Virus record (IMG/VR): IMGVR_UViG_3300022723_000177
Span: 1-64,000 of that record
Reading direction: 5' to 3' (one strand)
Source of the DNA: a virus
DNA: 64,000 bases
Shown: positions 53,779 to 62,244 of the stretch, one piece after another
How the letters are laid out: each line of letters opens with the position of its first letter
How positions within the stretch are numbered: the first letter of the stretch is position 1
Notes under the pieces: generated by a model
Seen by the model: the letters and a program-made list of their open reading frames with translations, nothing else
Database searches by the model: none
Told to the model about the DNA's origin: nothing
Made by a program: the position numbers and the translations under genes

Positions 53779-54196
53779 CTTCGATGGAGTGCTCCACAGC
53801 TACACGAGCGGCTGGACGGGGCAGGTCCCCTACGATCCTCCTGTCGACGGAGCGCAGCAAGCGATGGCGAAGTTGCTCGAGCAGGACCACAAGCTAGTGG
53901 TCTTCACCTGTCGAATTAACGCGACGGAAAAAGACGACCTGAATTCGTGGCAGGTACACAATGTGCTCCGCCAGTGGTTTCGGGCCAACGGCTTCCCTTC
54001 GGAGTTCTGGGATGATGACAAGCACGGGAGTGCTGTATTCACGACAAGCGACCTCGTCGAGATCACCGGGACCAAGCCCCACGCCGACATCTACATCGAC
54101 GACCGGGGTATGCGCTTCGAAGGTCACTGGAACGACGTCCTGCACGACCTTCAGGTCGAGACCGAGACGACCCCGTGGCACAAGCAGCCGGCCTGA
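53762..54196 (+). CDS. HAD-superfamily phosphatase (polynucleotide 3'-phosphatase / 5'-nucleotidase-like)
   Basis: MRIAIDFDGVL (DxDGV motif I), LVVFTCR (motif II Thr), K...ADIYIDDR (motifs III/IV). Confidence 0.6.
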   Translation: MRIAIDFDGVLHSYTSGWTGQVPYDPPVDGAQQAMAKLLEQDHKLVVFTCRINATEKDDLNSWQVHNVLRQWFRANGFPSEFWDDDKHGSAVFTTSDLVEITGTKPHADIYIDDRGMRFEGHWNDVLHDLQVETETTPWHKQPA

Positions 54197-54356
54197 TCAT
54201 CCTGGGGGCGCTGATGCTCGCGTGCGCTCACCCGCCGTGCCCTGCCTCACTGGACGGGGTTGAGGTCAGGGTAGACGGGGGACACACCAACAGCCCCGTC
54301 CCCGATTTCCGGGGCCAGTACGTGAGCGTCGGCGCCTCCTTCTACTTCAACACAGC

Positions 54357-54638
54357 ATGCATCGAGGAGACACAGGAATGACCGGTCTGCACGCTCCGGC
54401 CAAACAGGCAATCCGCCTGTGGCGGTGGCAAGACGCCCCGCCTCTGGTGCGAGACTTCTGCGAGTATCGGGGAGGCTACAACGATGTGCTCTGGGTGATG
54501 CTACTGCCCGAAGGCATGAAGCCCGCCGACGTGCCTCTCTCCCCGATCAATTTTTGCAGCGTGGGGATCCAAGAGCTCCACACGAAGCAGTACCTGATCA
54601 CCGGTTACAACCCCGGTGAGGACGAGGAAACCGAATGA
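54357..54638 (+). CDS. Hypothetical protein (93 aa)
   Basis: Coding-like ORF with ggagacacaggaATG RBS. Confidence 0.45.
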   Translation: MHRGDTGMTGLHAPAKQAIRLWRWQDAPPLVRDFCEYRGGYNDVLWVMLLPEGMKPADVPLSPINFCSVGIQELHTKQYLITGYNPGEDEETE

Positions 54639-55087
54639 AGATCTGGAACGTCCACTACCGGAAAACGGACGGGCTCCGCGTGCTCGAGCGCGGAGGCGTC
54701 ACGCTTTCATGCGGGTATGACCCGGAGACAGAGAAGCTTCACATCGGCGTCGCTGTCTGCTGCAGCAAGGACCACTACCACAAGCGGCGTGGCGCGTCGA
54801 TCGCGAGCGGTCGGCGAGACTTGGGTATGTTGTGCGATCGCCCTGACCTCGAGCCCGACCTCTACTACCGCGTGAACTGCCCGGCCGGCACCCCCATCAG
54901 CCGCATCTGGGCGGCACTCGATGGTACAGCTGCTGTGGCCAGGGCGCTCTACTCGAGGAGGGGCGAGGATCTCGACATGTTTTTCCTGCGAAAGGGTCCA
55001 CTGCCGGACACCGAGTTGCTGCAGACCGCGCTCAGCGGATACTTCGGCGAGGAAGAGAACGTCGAAGTCTCGGTGCATCGGGCGTGA
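54635..55087 (+). CDS. Hypothetical protein (150 aa)
   Basis: ATGA-coupled. Confidence 0.45.
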   Translation: MKIWNVHYRKTDGLRVLERGGVTLSCGYDPETEKLHIGVAVCCSKDHYHKRRGASIASGRRDLGMLCDRPDLEPDLYYRVNCPAGTPISRIWAALDGTAAVARALYSRRGEDLDMFFLRKGPLPDTELLQTALSGYFGEEENVEVSVHRA

Positions 55088-55380
55088 GTTCGCCGCAAGA
55101 GGACTATTGCCCCACGCGTGTCGTTTCCTACCCGCTCATGCTCGGGTATGGGTATCAGACCGCGCTCATCCCGCAGGGCTCCGAGATCCTGCACTTCGCG
55201 GGACACTACGGCTGCCCTATGATCTGGGTCAAGGCAAAAGTGATGGCGGAGAGCGTGGACCTGGGAGTCACGCTTTTCATCTGTCCAGACAACGCCGATC
55301 TACCTGAAGAGAAGCTCGACCACATTGGAACCTCTCACATCAACGGCATCGTGATGCACCTTTTCCGGAGGCCCGAATGA
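55084..55380 (+). CDS. Hypothetical protein (98 aa)
   Basis: Overlap-coupled. Confidence 0.45.
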   Translation: MSSPQEDYCPTRVVSYPLMLGYGYQTALIPQGSEILHFAGHYGCPMIWVKAKVMAESVDLGVTLFICPDNADLPEEKLDHIGTSHINGIVMHLFRRPE

Positions 55381-56033
55381 TCACCTGTGTCTCGGGCTCG
55401 CGCACCGTCAGGGATCGCGAGCTCGTGTATGATCTGCTCGACCGCACTCCCTGGGTGCCTACGCGTGTGAACCACGGGGCCGCAGGAGGGGTCGATCGCC
55501 TCGCACGTTCGTGGGCGCGGCTCAACGGCATCCCCGAGAGCCCCTGGCTCCCGCGCTGGATGGCGAGCGGGGGCGATGCAGGCAAGAGCGTCGACAAGGC
55601 CGCTGGTCTCAAACGCAACGCGCTGATGGTGCGGGCCAGCCAAGCGTTTGTAGCGATCTGGCATATGCCCTCCCGCGGCACCAAGCACGCCATCGGTTGC
55701 GCGAAGCACGGCGGGATCGTTCGCATGGTCTGGCAAAAGGCGCCACAGCGAGATTGGATGTTCCAGCTTTCGCTGCCTTGTCACACCGGCGAGCACTGGG
55801 TCGTAGGAAAGCCGGGCAAGAGCGAAGGACTGAATATCGTCACCGAAGTGTACGAGGAGCACCCCTACTCTCCGAAGGCCTGGGGATGGGACGGTGAGAA
55901 GAAGGTGTTCTTCCGCGTGACCGGCAAGGGCAGCGCCTACGAGAAGCGGATCGAGATCAACCCCGACGCTAGCGCCTGGCTGGCTGCAGACACTCCCCCC
56001 TACAACGAGATCGGAGACCCCAATGGGCGATGA
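55377..56033 (+). CDS. SLOG-fold protein (DUF2493 / DprA-Smf-like Rossmann domain) with C-terminal extension
   Basis: ITCVSGSRTVRD...HGAAGGVDRLARSWARLNGIP...RNALMVRASQAFVAIW...GTKHAIGCAKHGG matches the DUF2493/SLOG pattern. Confidence 0.55.
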   Translation: MITCVSGSRTVRDRELVYDLLDRTPWVPTRVNHGAAGGVDRLARSWARLNGIPESPWLPRWMASGGDAGKSVDKAAGLKRNALMVRASQAFVAIWHMPSRGTKHAIGCAKHGGIVRMVWQKAPQRDWMFQLSLPCHTGEHWVVGKPGKSEGLNIVTEVYEEHPYSPKAWGWDGEKKVFFRVTGKGSAYEKRIEINPDASAWLAADTPPYNEIGDPNGR

Positions 56034-56151
56034 GACCACGACGAGAACCTCGATGCGTTCATCGTCGCCCACCTGACCTCCGCCATCGAATTCACCACCA
56101 CGCAGGCCGAGCTCGAGGAGCAGGCCGAGCAGTCCAAGGAGACCAACTAAC

Positions 56152-56442
56152 ATGGACAGCACTTCCATCTATCTTGTCGGCGGGTTCGTTCTGCTCGGCA
56201 TCATACTCCTCGCGATCGGGTGCCTCTCCGGCCCAATCATCCGGGTCGAGACCTCCAAGGACCAGCGCAAGCTGGACGCTCAGAACGCGGCCCTGGAAAC
56301 CCAGCGGCGGAAGGAGAAGATCCTCGAAGAGCTCAAGCGTCAGGCGCAGGAGCCTGACAGCGGTTCCGAGATGCGTGGCCGCCCGACACGTCGCACTTCG
56401 CAGCGCGGTGCCCGCAACCCCAACCGCCGGCCGCGGGGCTAA
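56152..56442 (+). CDS. Small membrane protein (1 TM) with basic tail
   Basis: IYLVGGFVLLGIILLAIGCL transmembrane segment. Confidence 0.4.
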   Translation: MDSTSIYLVGGFVLLGIILLAIGCLSGPIIRVETSKDQRKLDAQNAALETQRRKEKILEELKRQAQEPDSGSEMRGRPTRRTSQRGARNPNRRPRG

Positions 56443-56459
56443 CCGCGGAGGGGACTGAC

Positions 56460-57284
56460 ATGACACACAGACACGAAGACTTCAAGGTGGAGCTCAAGGC
56501 CCTCGGCAAGACGCTCCTCGAGCAACGGCGCGCCAACCTGCACTCAGGCCAGAGCCTCGAGAGCGCGTGGAATCGTGGCTTCAACGCGGCGATTGAACAA
56601 GCAGCGGGGTGGCTCATGGGTGACCGCGTTCTAACGTCGATCTGTATCTCTCCCGAGAACCAGCTCCCCCCGAGCACCTACGAAAACCCAGAGGTCAAGA
56701 TCCCCGGATCCATCGGCGACGCGCGCGAGCAGAACGAGCTCAAGCTCGACGACCTGTCGCGGCGTCTGCTCGACGTTGTCGGAGAGTTCGAGGACCAGAT
56801 TTGCGAGGTGATCCTGGACCACCCCAAGATCAACGACGCACTCTCGCAGGTGGCGAAGGTCGAGGCGCTCCGGGCAGGCAGGATCCACTGCACAGATGAG
56901 GAGGTCCGTGAGATCGCCAGGCGTGTGTTCGCACAGGAAGCAGTGTCAACGGCGTTGCGAGAACAGTGGTCGCAGCTGGTGCGGGAGGAATGCGAGGCGT
57001 TCCTCTACAACCACCGCCACAGCGCTCGACCCCATGTCATGCCCGAGGGCGAGGACGAGCCGAATCGCTCTGGTGCGCGCCCTTTTCCCGAGCTGCCGGT
57101 GAAGACCCTGCGCGAAGCCCTCCATCCTGAGGGGTTCGGTATGGAGCGCCGCGAGGCCAAGAGCGAGGCCATCAAGGACGCAAAGCGCGTTGCCACAGAG
57201 CCGGGTGGACGCTTCACTCCGTTCAAGGCTGGGCGCCGCGACCAAGGCTTCAACACCACCCGGACCGAGAGTAGTGACAACTAG
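56460..57284 (+). CDS. Hypothetical protein (274 aa)
   Basis: Clean ORF with ggaggggactgacATG RBS. Confidence 0.5.
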   Translation: MTHRHEDFKVELKALGKTLLEQRRANLHSGQSLESAWNRGFNAAIEQAAGWLMGDRVLTSICISPENQLPPSTYENPEVKIPGSIGDAREQNELKLDDLSRRLLDVVGEFEDQICEVILDHPKINDALSQVAKVEALRAGRIHCTDEEVREIARRVFAQEAVSTALREQWSQLVREECEAFLYNHRHSARPHVMPEGEDEPNRSGARPFPELPVKTLREALHPEGFGMERREAKSEAIKDAKRVATEPGGRFTPFKAGRRDQGFNTTRTESSDN

Positions 57285-57313
57285 GCACTTCGCACTTCGA
57301 AAGGAACAATCGA

Positions 57314-57642
57314 TGGTGACCGAGATCCCTATGACCCCTACGGCGGAGACGTCGCTCGAGGACGAGGCCGAACAGCTCGCGTTCGAGAACTGGAGGGAGC
57401 TCCCGGAGACCGTGCGCGACGCCGCACGCGACCTCGGGCTCTTTCTGCGCCACGGCCAGACGTTCAACCGCCGCGGTGAGGTGCTCGAGCGCTTCCGCGT
57501 TCTGGTCCGCTTTCTCCAGCTCGAAGGAGACCGCCGGCACTTGGGCGACCGATTTCGCGCGGAGGCGCGCCGCATCGCCGTCGACCAGGTGCTGTGTGAG
57601 CCTCCTGTGCCGCCGCGGGACGGCTCGGAGACTCCTCGATGA
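57314..57642 (+). CDS. Hypothetical protein (109 aa)
   Basis: ATG at 57314, preceded 30 bp upstream by motif copy GGCACTTCGCACTTCG and aaaggaacaatcg RBS. Confidence 0.5.
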
Positions 57643-57863
57643 TGGCGTTTCTTCTCGACGTCTACCTGGTGGGCGCGGCCTTCACCGCGTTCGCGATCTG
57701 CTGGGGCCTGGGGAGCGACTCGGTCGACTCGGAGGACATCGTCGAACGGTGTGGGTACCCCCTCCTGGGGGCGGTCGCGGCCGTCATGGTCCTAATCTGG
57801 CCCGTGCCCTTCGTGATCGGGGTGGTTCAGCGATGGAAGTCGGGAAAGGACGTAGGGGGCTAG
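57639..57863 (+). CDS. Small membrane protein (2 TM)
   Basis: Two hydrophobic segments. ATGA-coupled. Confidence 0.45.
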   Translation: MMAFLLDVYLVGAAFTAFAICWGLGSDSVDSEDIVERCGYPLLGAVAAVMVLIWPVPFVIGVVQRWKSGKDVGG

Positions 57864-57917
57864 GATCGAGCGAGAACCGCGGGCCAGGCCGGCGCGCTGG
57901 CGCTCTCAGGAGGCTTC

Positions 57918-57955
57918 GAGGCTCCGCCCCATCGGTGGAGCCTCTTTTCGTTTCG
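57918..57955 (+). terminator. Rho-independent terminator (gaggctcc-12 nt-ggagcctc followed by ttttcgtttcg)
   Basis: 8-bp perfect stem plus T-rich tail, directly downstream of the 57863 stop. Confidence 0.6.
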
Positions 57956-58027
57956 GGCCCTCAGAGGGGATTCTGGGCTCCCGGACGAGACACCCCCGGG
58001 GTTCGGCACCGCCTTCGTCGCCGGGGT

Positions 58028-58043
58028 CGTTCCACGTGGAACG
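58028..58043. promoter_or_regulatory. 16-bp perfect palindrome cgttccacgtggaacg (operator candidate)
   Basis: Self-complementary. Located in the 760-bp non-coding region 57864-58626. Confidence 0.45.
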
Positions 58044-58626
58044 GAATCGTGCGTTGCGAGCACAACGAGCTGACGATGAGATCTCATTTTTGCGGCAGCC
58101 CGTGGCGAAGTGACGCACAGTCACCCTAGATGCCCAGTGCCAAGTGCCTAAGAAATAGGCACCGTGGCCAGTGTGCGCGGCCGGCGCGGACGGGCGAGGT
58201 GGGGGTGCCAACTTTGGCTGCACCCCTGAGCGCCCCGCGGGCGGCGCATACATTAGATCTGAGCCATCCACTCGGGGCTTGAAAGAGGAGAGCAAAATCA
58301 CCCGTGGGGGGTACCTCAGGGGAGGTATTGCACCTGCGGGGGCAGTTGGGGTGAGGTCAGTGATGCGTGGGGGCTTGGCACGGGGCCGGCGAGGGCCCTC
58401 ACTATCCAGCTAACCATATCCAGTACGCAACAGGAGACCCCTAGGTAGCGCGAGCTCCCCGTAGTTATATTCCTCTTTTCTTCTTCTTCAAGAGACAGAG
58501 GTACTCTATGGACGGACGGCGCTCGCTCTAGGTCGCTCTCTTGGCAAGGTGGATTGTGGATATCTGGAGAGCCTTGTGAAGAGCTCCCACCCTAGGTTAA
58601 TCTAGGCCGCGACCAGAGGAGACCCG

Positions 58627-59004
58627 ATGCTGAAGCTCGAGATTTACTTCGACGACGAGGCAGAGCTCGAGGCCTGGTGGAAGATCCGCGGGCGCGATCC
58701 AGCGGTCTGCCAGGATCCGCGGTTCCGGTGGGGGAGCGACGGGCGGCCGGGAGACTGTCTTCTGTGGAGCGGCCCGATGATGCGCTCAGCAGCACCCACC
58801 GCATTCATCGGGGACACCCAGGTCCATCTTCGACGCGCCGCGTGGATGGCCAAATACGGCGCACCGCGCTACACCGGGTTCGAGAACACGTGCGGGACTC
58901 CGCGTTGCGTCGCGCCAGAGCACACCCGGAACACCTCGCGCAGAGGGCCCAACGGTCTCGCGATGTACAAGCAGGTTCGGACTACGGAGGACGCGACGGG
59001 GTGA
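58627..59004 (+). CDS. HNH endonuclease (AP2/HNH homing-endonuclease-like)
   Basis: CLLWSGP...HLRRAAWMAKYG...NTCGTPRCVAPEHT matches C..W.G...HR...H.CdN..C.NP.HL. Confidence 0.55.
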   Translation: MLKLEIYFDDEAELEAWWKIRGRDPAVCQDPRFRWGSDGRPGDCLLWSGPMMRSAAPTAFIGDTQVHLRRAAWMAKYGAPRYTGFENTCGTPRCVAPEHTRNTSRRGPNGLAMYKQVRTTEDATG

Positions 59005-59387
59005 CAAAGACGATCGAGTCAGTTGAGGGGTTCGAAGAGCTCCACGAGATCCTGGCGGAGGCCTACAAACAAGCGACCCACGGGAAGGGGCAGCAGCGTC
59101 ACGGCCAGACCCGACCCTTCAATGAGCAGACGATCATGCGGGAGACCGAGCTCACTGGCTCTACCGGATTTGTGTCCGGGCAGGCGCGCAAGAAGATTCT
59201 CGAGGCCATGCGCCTGCGGCCCAGGCAGGCCAGACACGAGGTTCTCGGGGCGATCATCTACGCGGCCGCCGCGGGAATCTGGTACCGGAGGCTCGAAGAC
59301 GTCGAGAACGACAGCTTCGTGGGTGGCCACACGGTTCAGAACACGTTCTCACCCGCACAGCTTGCCCTATTCACGGACGAGGAGTAG
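59001..59387 (+). CDS. Hypothetical protein, possibly DUF550 (dATP/dGTP diphosphohydrolase N-domain-like)
   Basis: AYKQATHGKGQQRHGQTRPFNEQTIM. GTG start overlapping the upstream stop. Family assignment is tentative. Confidence 0.4.
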   Translation: MTKTIESVEGFEELHEILAEAYKQATHGKGQQRHGQTRPFNEQTIMRETELTGSTGFVSGQARKKILEAMRLRPRQARHEVLGAIIYAAAAGIWYRRLEDVENDSFVGGHTVQNTFSPAQLALFTDEE

Positions 59388-59390
59388 CAC

Positions 59391-61562
59391 TTGGGTAGCG
59401 CCGTTCAGATCAACGCACAGATTCCCACCACCGAAGACGAGTTCGATCAGATGGTCTTCGAGCCGCTGTACAAGCTTTCGAAGCGCGGCACCGTCCTGGT
59501 AGGCAACGACACTGAGACGACTAAGATCACACCTGCCCGCGGGTTCAACCCGTTCTATGGCCCGCGTATTGCGATGATCCAGTACTCGTGGAACGACGGA
59601 CCGGTCCCCTACGACGCCGCAGTGTGTCTACGCATGAAGCCCGGACTTGTGCGACTTCCCGAGCGCCCCGACACGAAGGCGAAGAACAAGCAGCTCCGTG
59701 CAGAGTGGCGAGAGGCCCACAAACAGTGGGTCGAGACCGGCGATGTCTCTGTGTGGCCGGAGTGGTGCGACCTCGAGGTCGAGCGCCCGTCCAACGTAGA
59801 CCCCGAGCATGTGATCCGGCGCATGAACGAGCTCACCGACGAGGGGCTCGTCTACGTCTACAAGAACATGATGTTCGACCTGCAGTTTCTCTGGATCGAC
59901 GGGTTCGTGATCCCGAAGATCGAGCAGCTGGAAGAGGTCGAGATTCAGAGCCACCTAACCGAGGACAAGCCCTGGCACAAAGGCAGGCGCGTGTCCCACC
60001 ACTTGGCGAGCCTTGCCGAGCGGCACCTGAACCGGGAAGCGGTGGGGGAAGGAAGGCTGGATCAATGGTTCAGCGACATGAAGGTCAAGAACGACTCCAA
60101 GGACTATTCCGCGGTTCCGTACGCTTCAATCCTTGGGCCATACGGATGCCACGACACCCGTGACACGCTCGACCTCTTTCACTTCTTCCAAGGCAAGCTC
60201 GACAAGCACGATGAGCAGAGCGCGCCGGGCCGCACGCTGCGCTGGCTTTACGAGGACGAGAAGCTCATCGCTCGCAACCTGGTCGAGAAGACGATGATCC
60301 CCGGGTTCGGTGTAGACCAAGGGACGGCCGACGAGCTCCTGGTGAAGCACGAGACCTCTCGAGACGAGATGGCCAGCACGCTCTACCAGATGACCGGCCG
60401 ACAGATCGACTGGAGTGGCGGTACCAACGAGCTCGCGAGCTACCTGTTCGACCCACCGGCAGAGGGGGGCCTCGGACTGGCTGTGCCGGAGTTCGGATGG
60501 ACGGATTCCGGAGAGCGCTCGGTGTCTCACAAGGTGCTCGAGGAGCTCGACACGCCGCTGACAGCGAAGATTCTTGAGTGGCGGACGTCGAACACGTTCA
60601 TCAACTCGTTCCTGGAGCCGATCGCGCGCTTCAACATCGAAGGCTTCATCCACCCGAACTTCCGTCTGGTGGCCGTGCGCACGGGGCGCCTGTCGTGCTC
60701 ACACCCGAACATGCAGAACCGACCCAAGGACAAGGATGTACGGTCGATGTTCGTGCCGCGCAAGGGCTACGTGCTGCTCGACGCGGACTACGACCAAGTA
60801 GAGATGCGGATCGCCGCCCACTACGCCTACCAAGTCTGCACGAAGGTGCCGACGGTTTGGTACAAGGCATGGGGGCGGAACCGGAAGAGCGTGGCGCCGG
60901 ATCGCAACGGGCTGTGGGAGGGCTTCGTCAACGACCCGGACTTCGACCCGCACCAGATCATGGCCGACCTCAGCGGGCTACCTCGCTCGAGGGAGCACGC
61001 CGGCCAGACGACATGCAAGGAAGTGAACTTCGGGATCCTCTATGGATCTGGCATTCGCGGAATGTGCAAGAACTATGGGTGGGAGCAGCGCAAGGCCAAG
61101 GACGTTCGCTCGTGGTTCTATAAGGCGTACCCCGAGATCGCACACCTGAAGGCGTTCATCGAGAAGCAGCTCGCGGACCGCGGGTGGATCGCGAACGAGT
61201 TCGGCCGCCGCTACTACATCGACAAGATGTACTTGGCGCTGAACTACCTGATCCAAGGCTGCGCCGGTGACCTCATCAAGCGCGCCAAGAACAAGCTATA
61301 CCTACTCGAGGACCAGCTCCGGGAGGAGTATGAGGGAGCCCACCCATTCCGGATCATCAACACCGTCCACGATGAGGTCGTGACGGAGGTCCGCGAGGAT
61401 CTGCTCGACGCGAAGTTTGTGAGTCGTGTAGACGCCGAGATGACCACATGGAAGAGGTATGACGGCTCGGACCTGTTCTGCGTTCCGATCACAGCCGGCT
61501 ACGCTGTGAGTGCCAGCAACTGGGGCGACCTCGAAGACTACGAGTGGAAGGAAGCGGCATGA
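59391..61562 (+). CDS. polA: DNA polymerase I family (family A) with 3'-5' exonuclease domain
   Basis: Motif A RLSCSHPNMQNRP, motif B KEVNFGILYGSG, motif C NTVHDEVV. An N-terminal exonuclease-like region is present. TTG start at 59391. Confidence 0.9.
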   Translation: MGSAVQINAQIPTTEDEFDQMVFEPLYKLSKRGTVLVGNDTETTKITPARGFNPFYGPRIAMIQYSWNDGPVPYDAAVCLRMKPGLVRLPERPDTKAKNKQLRAEWREAHKQWVETGDVSVWPEWCDLEVERPSNVDPEHVIRRMNELTDEGLVYVYKNMMFDLQFLWIDGFVIPKIEQLEEVEIQSHLTEDKPWHKGRRVSHHLASLAERHLNREAVGEGRLDQWFSDMKVKNDSKDYSAVPYASILGPYGCHDTRDTLDLFHFFQGKLDKHDEQSAPGRTLRWLYEDEKLIARNLVEKTMIPGFGVDQGTADELLVKHETSRDEMASTLYQMTGRQIDWSGGTNELASYLFDPPAEGGLGLAVPEFGWTDSGERSVSHKVLEELDTPLTAKILEWRTSNTFINSFLEPIARFNIEGFIHPNFRLVAVRTGRLSCSHPNMQNRPKDKDVRSMFVPRKGYVLLDADYDQVEMRIAAHYAYQVCTKVPTVWYKAWGRNRKSVAPDRNGLWEGFVNDPDFDPHQIMADLSGLPRSREHAGQTTCKEVNFGILYGSGIRGMCKNYGWEQRKAKDVRSWFYKAYPEIAHLKAFIEKQLADRGWIANEFGRRYYIDKMYLALNYLIQGCAGDLIKRAKNKLYLLEDQLREEYEGAHPFRIINTVHDEVVTEVREDLLDAKFVSRVDAEMTTWKRYDGSDLFCVPITAGYAVSASNWGDLEDYEWKEAA

Positions 61563-61741
61563 GCGCACGGCTGATGGTGAAGGTGTCTGCGATCGAGGTG
61601 GATCGGGCGATGAGGCGCACGGGCTCCCATGACTACGACATGGAGATCGACCTGAGCGACTGGCCGACCTTCGACGTTCCGGCCGACCTACTCAGACTCA
61701 AGGAGCACATCGAGGAGTACCTGGAGACAAGCTACTCGTGA
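61544..61741 (+). CDS. Small hypothetical protein (65 aa)
   Basis: Overlap-coupled to the polymerase gene. Confidence 0.4.
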   Translation: MEGSGMSARLMVKVSAIEVDRAMRRTGSHDYDMEIDLSDWPTFDVPADLLRLKEHIEEYLETSYS

Positions 61742-62244
61742 ACGAGGACACGCTCAAGAGCAAGTGGTGCCGCTACGCCAAGCGGGAGGGGTTCGCAACA
61801 AAGCGACTCGGTCCGCACCAAATCCCCGGACTCCCCGATCTTATTGCCATGGACCGGGGTCTCGAGCTCGAGACCAAATCGAAGCGTCGCGGGAGGTGCC
61901 ACTGGGTCGAGGCCAAGGTGGCGAAGCCGGTGAAGCGCTCGGGCTCGAATGTGTTCTCGGCGGATCGAGATGCTACCACGAAGCAGATCGAGTGGTTGGC
62001 GTTGTTCGCTGCTCTGGGTATCCCTTCGTGGTGGCTCGTTCTGTCAGAGGACTGCTGGGCCTTGGTGCCGGGTACGCAGATGACCCTCACCAAGGCAAAG
62101 TGGGATCAGCTGAAGCGTCCCTACAAGGGTGATGTCTACGAGCTCATGGACTCGACGACGCAGAACGCGGAGCAGCGCAAGCTCGCAGTCGCTGAGACCG
62201 ACGCTACGATGGAGGCTTGGGAACAGGAGCGCCTCAATGCCTAG
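61738..62244 (+). CDS. VRR-NUC domain nuclease (PD-(D/E)XK)
   Basis: GLPDLIAMDRG...ELETKSK matches D...E.K. 168 aa. Confidence 0.7.
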   Translation: MNEDTLKSKWCRYAKREGFATKRLGPHQIPGLPDLIAMDRGLELETKSKRRGRCHWVEAKVAKPVKRSGSNVFSADRDATTKQIEWLALFAALGIPSWWLVLSEDCWALVPGTQMTLTKAKWDQLKRPYKGDVYELMDSTTQNAEQRKLAVAETDATMEAWEQERLNA

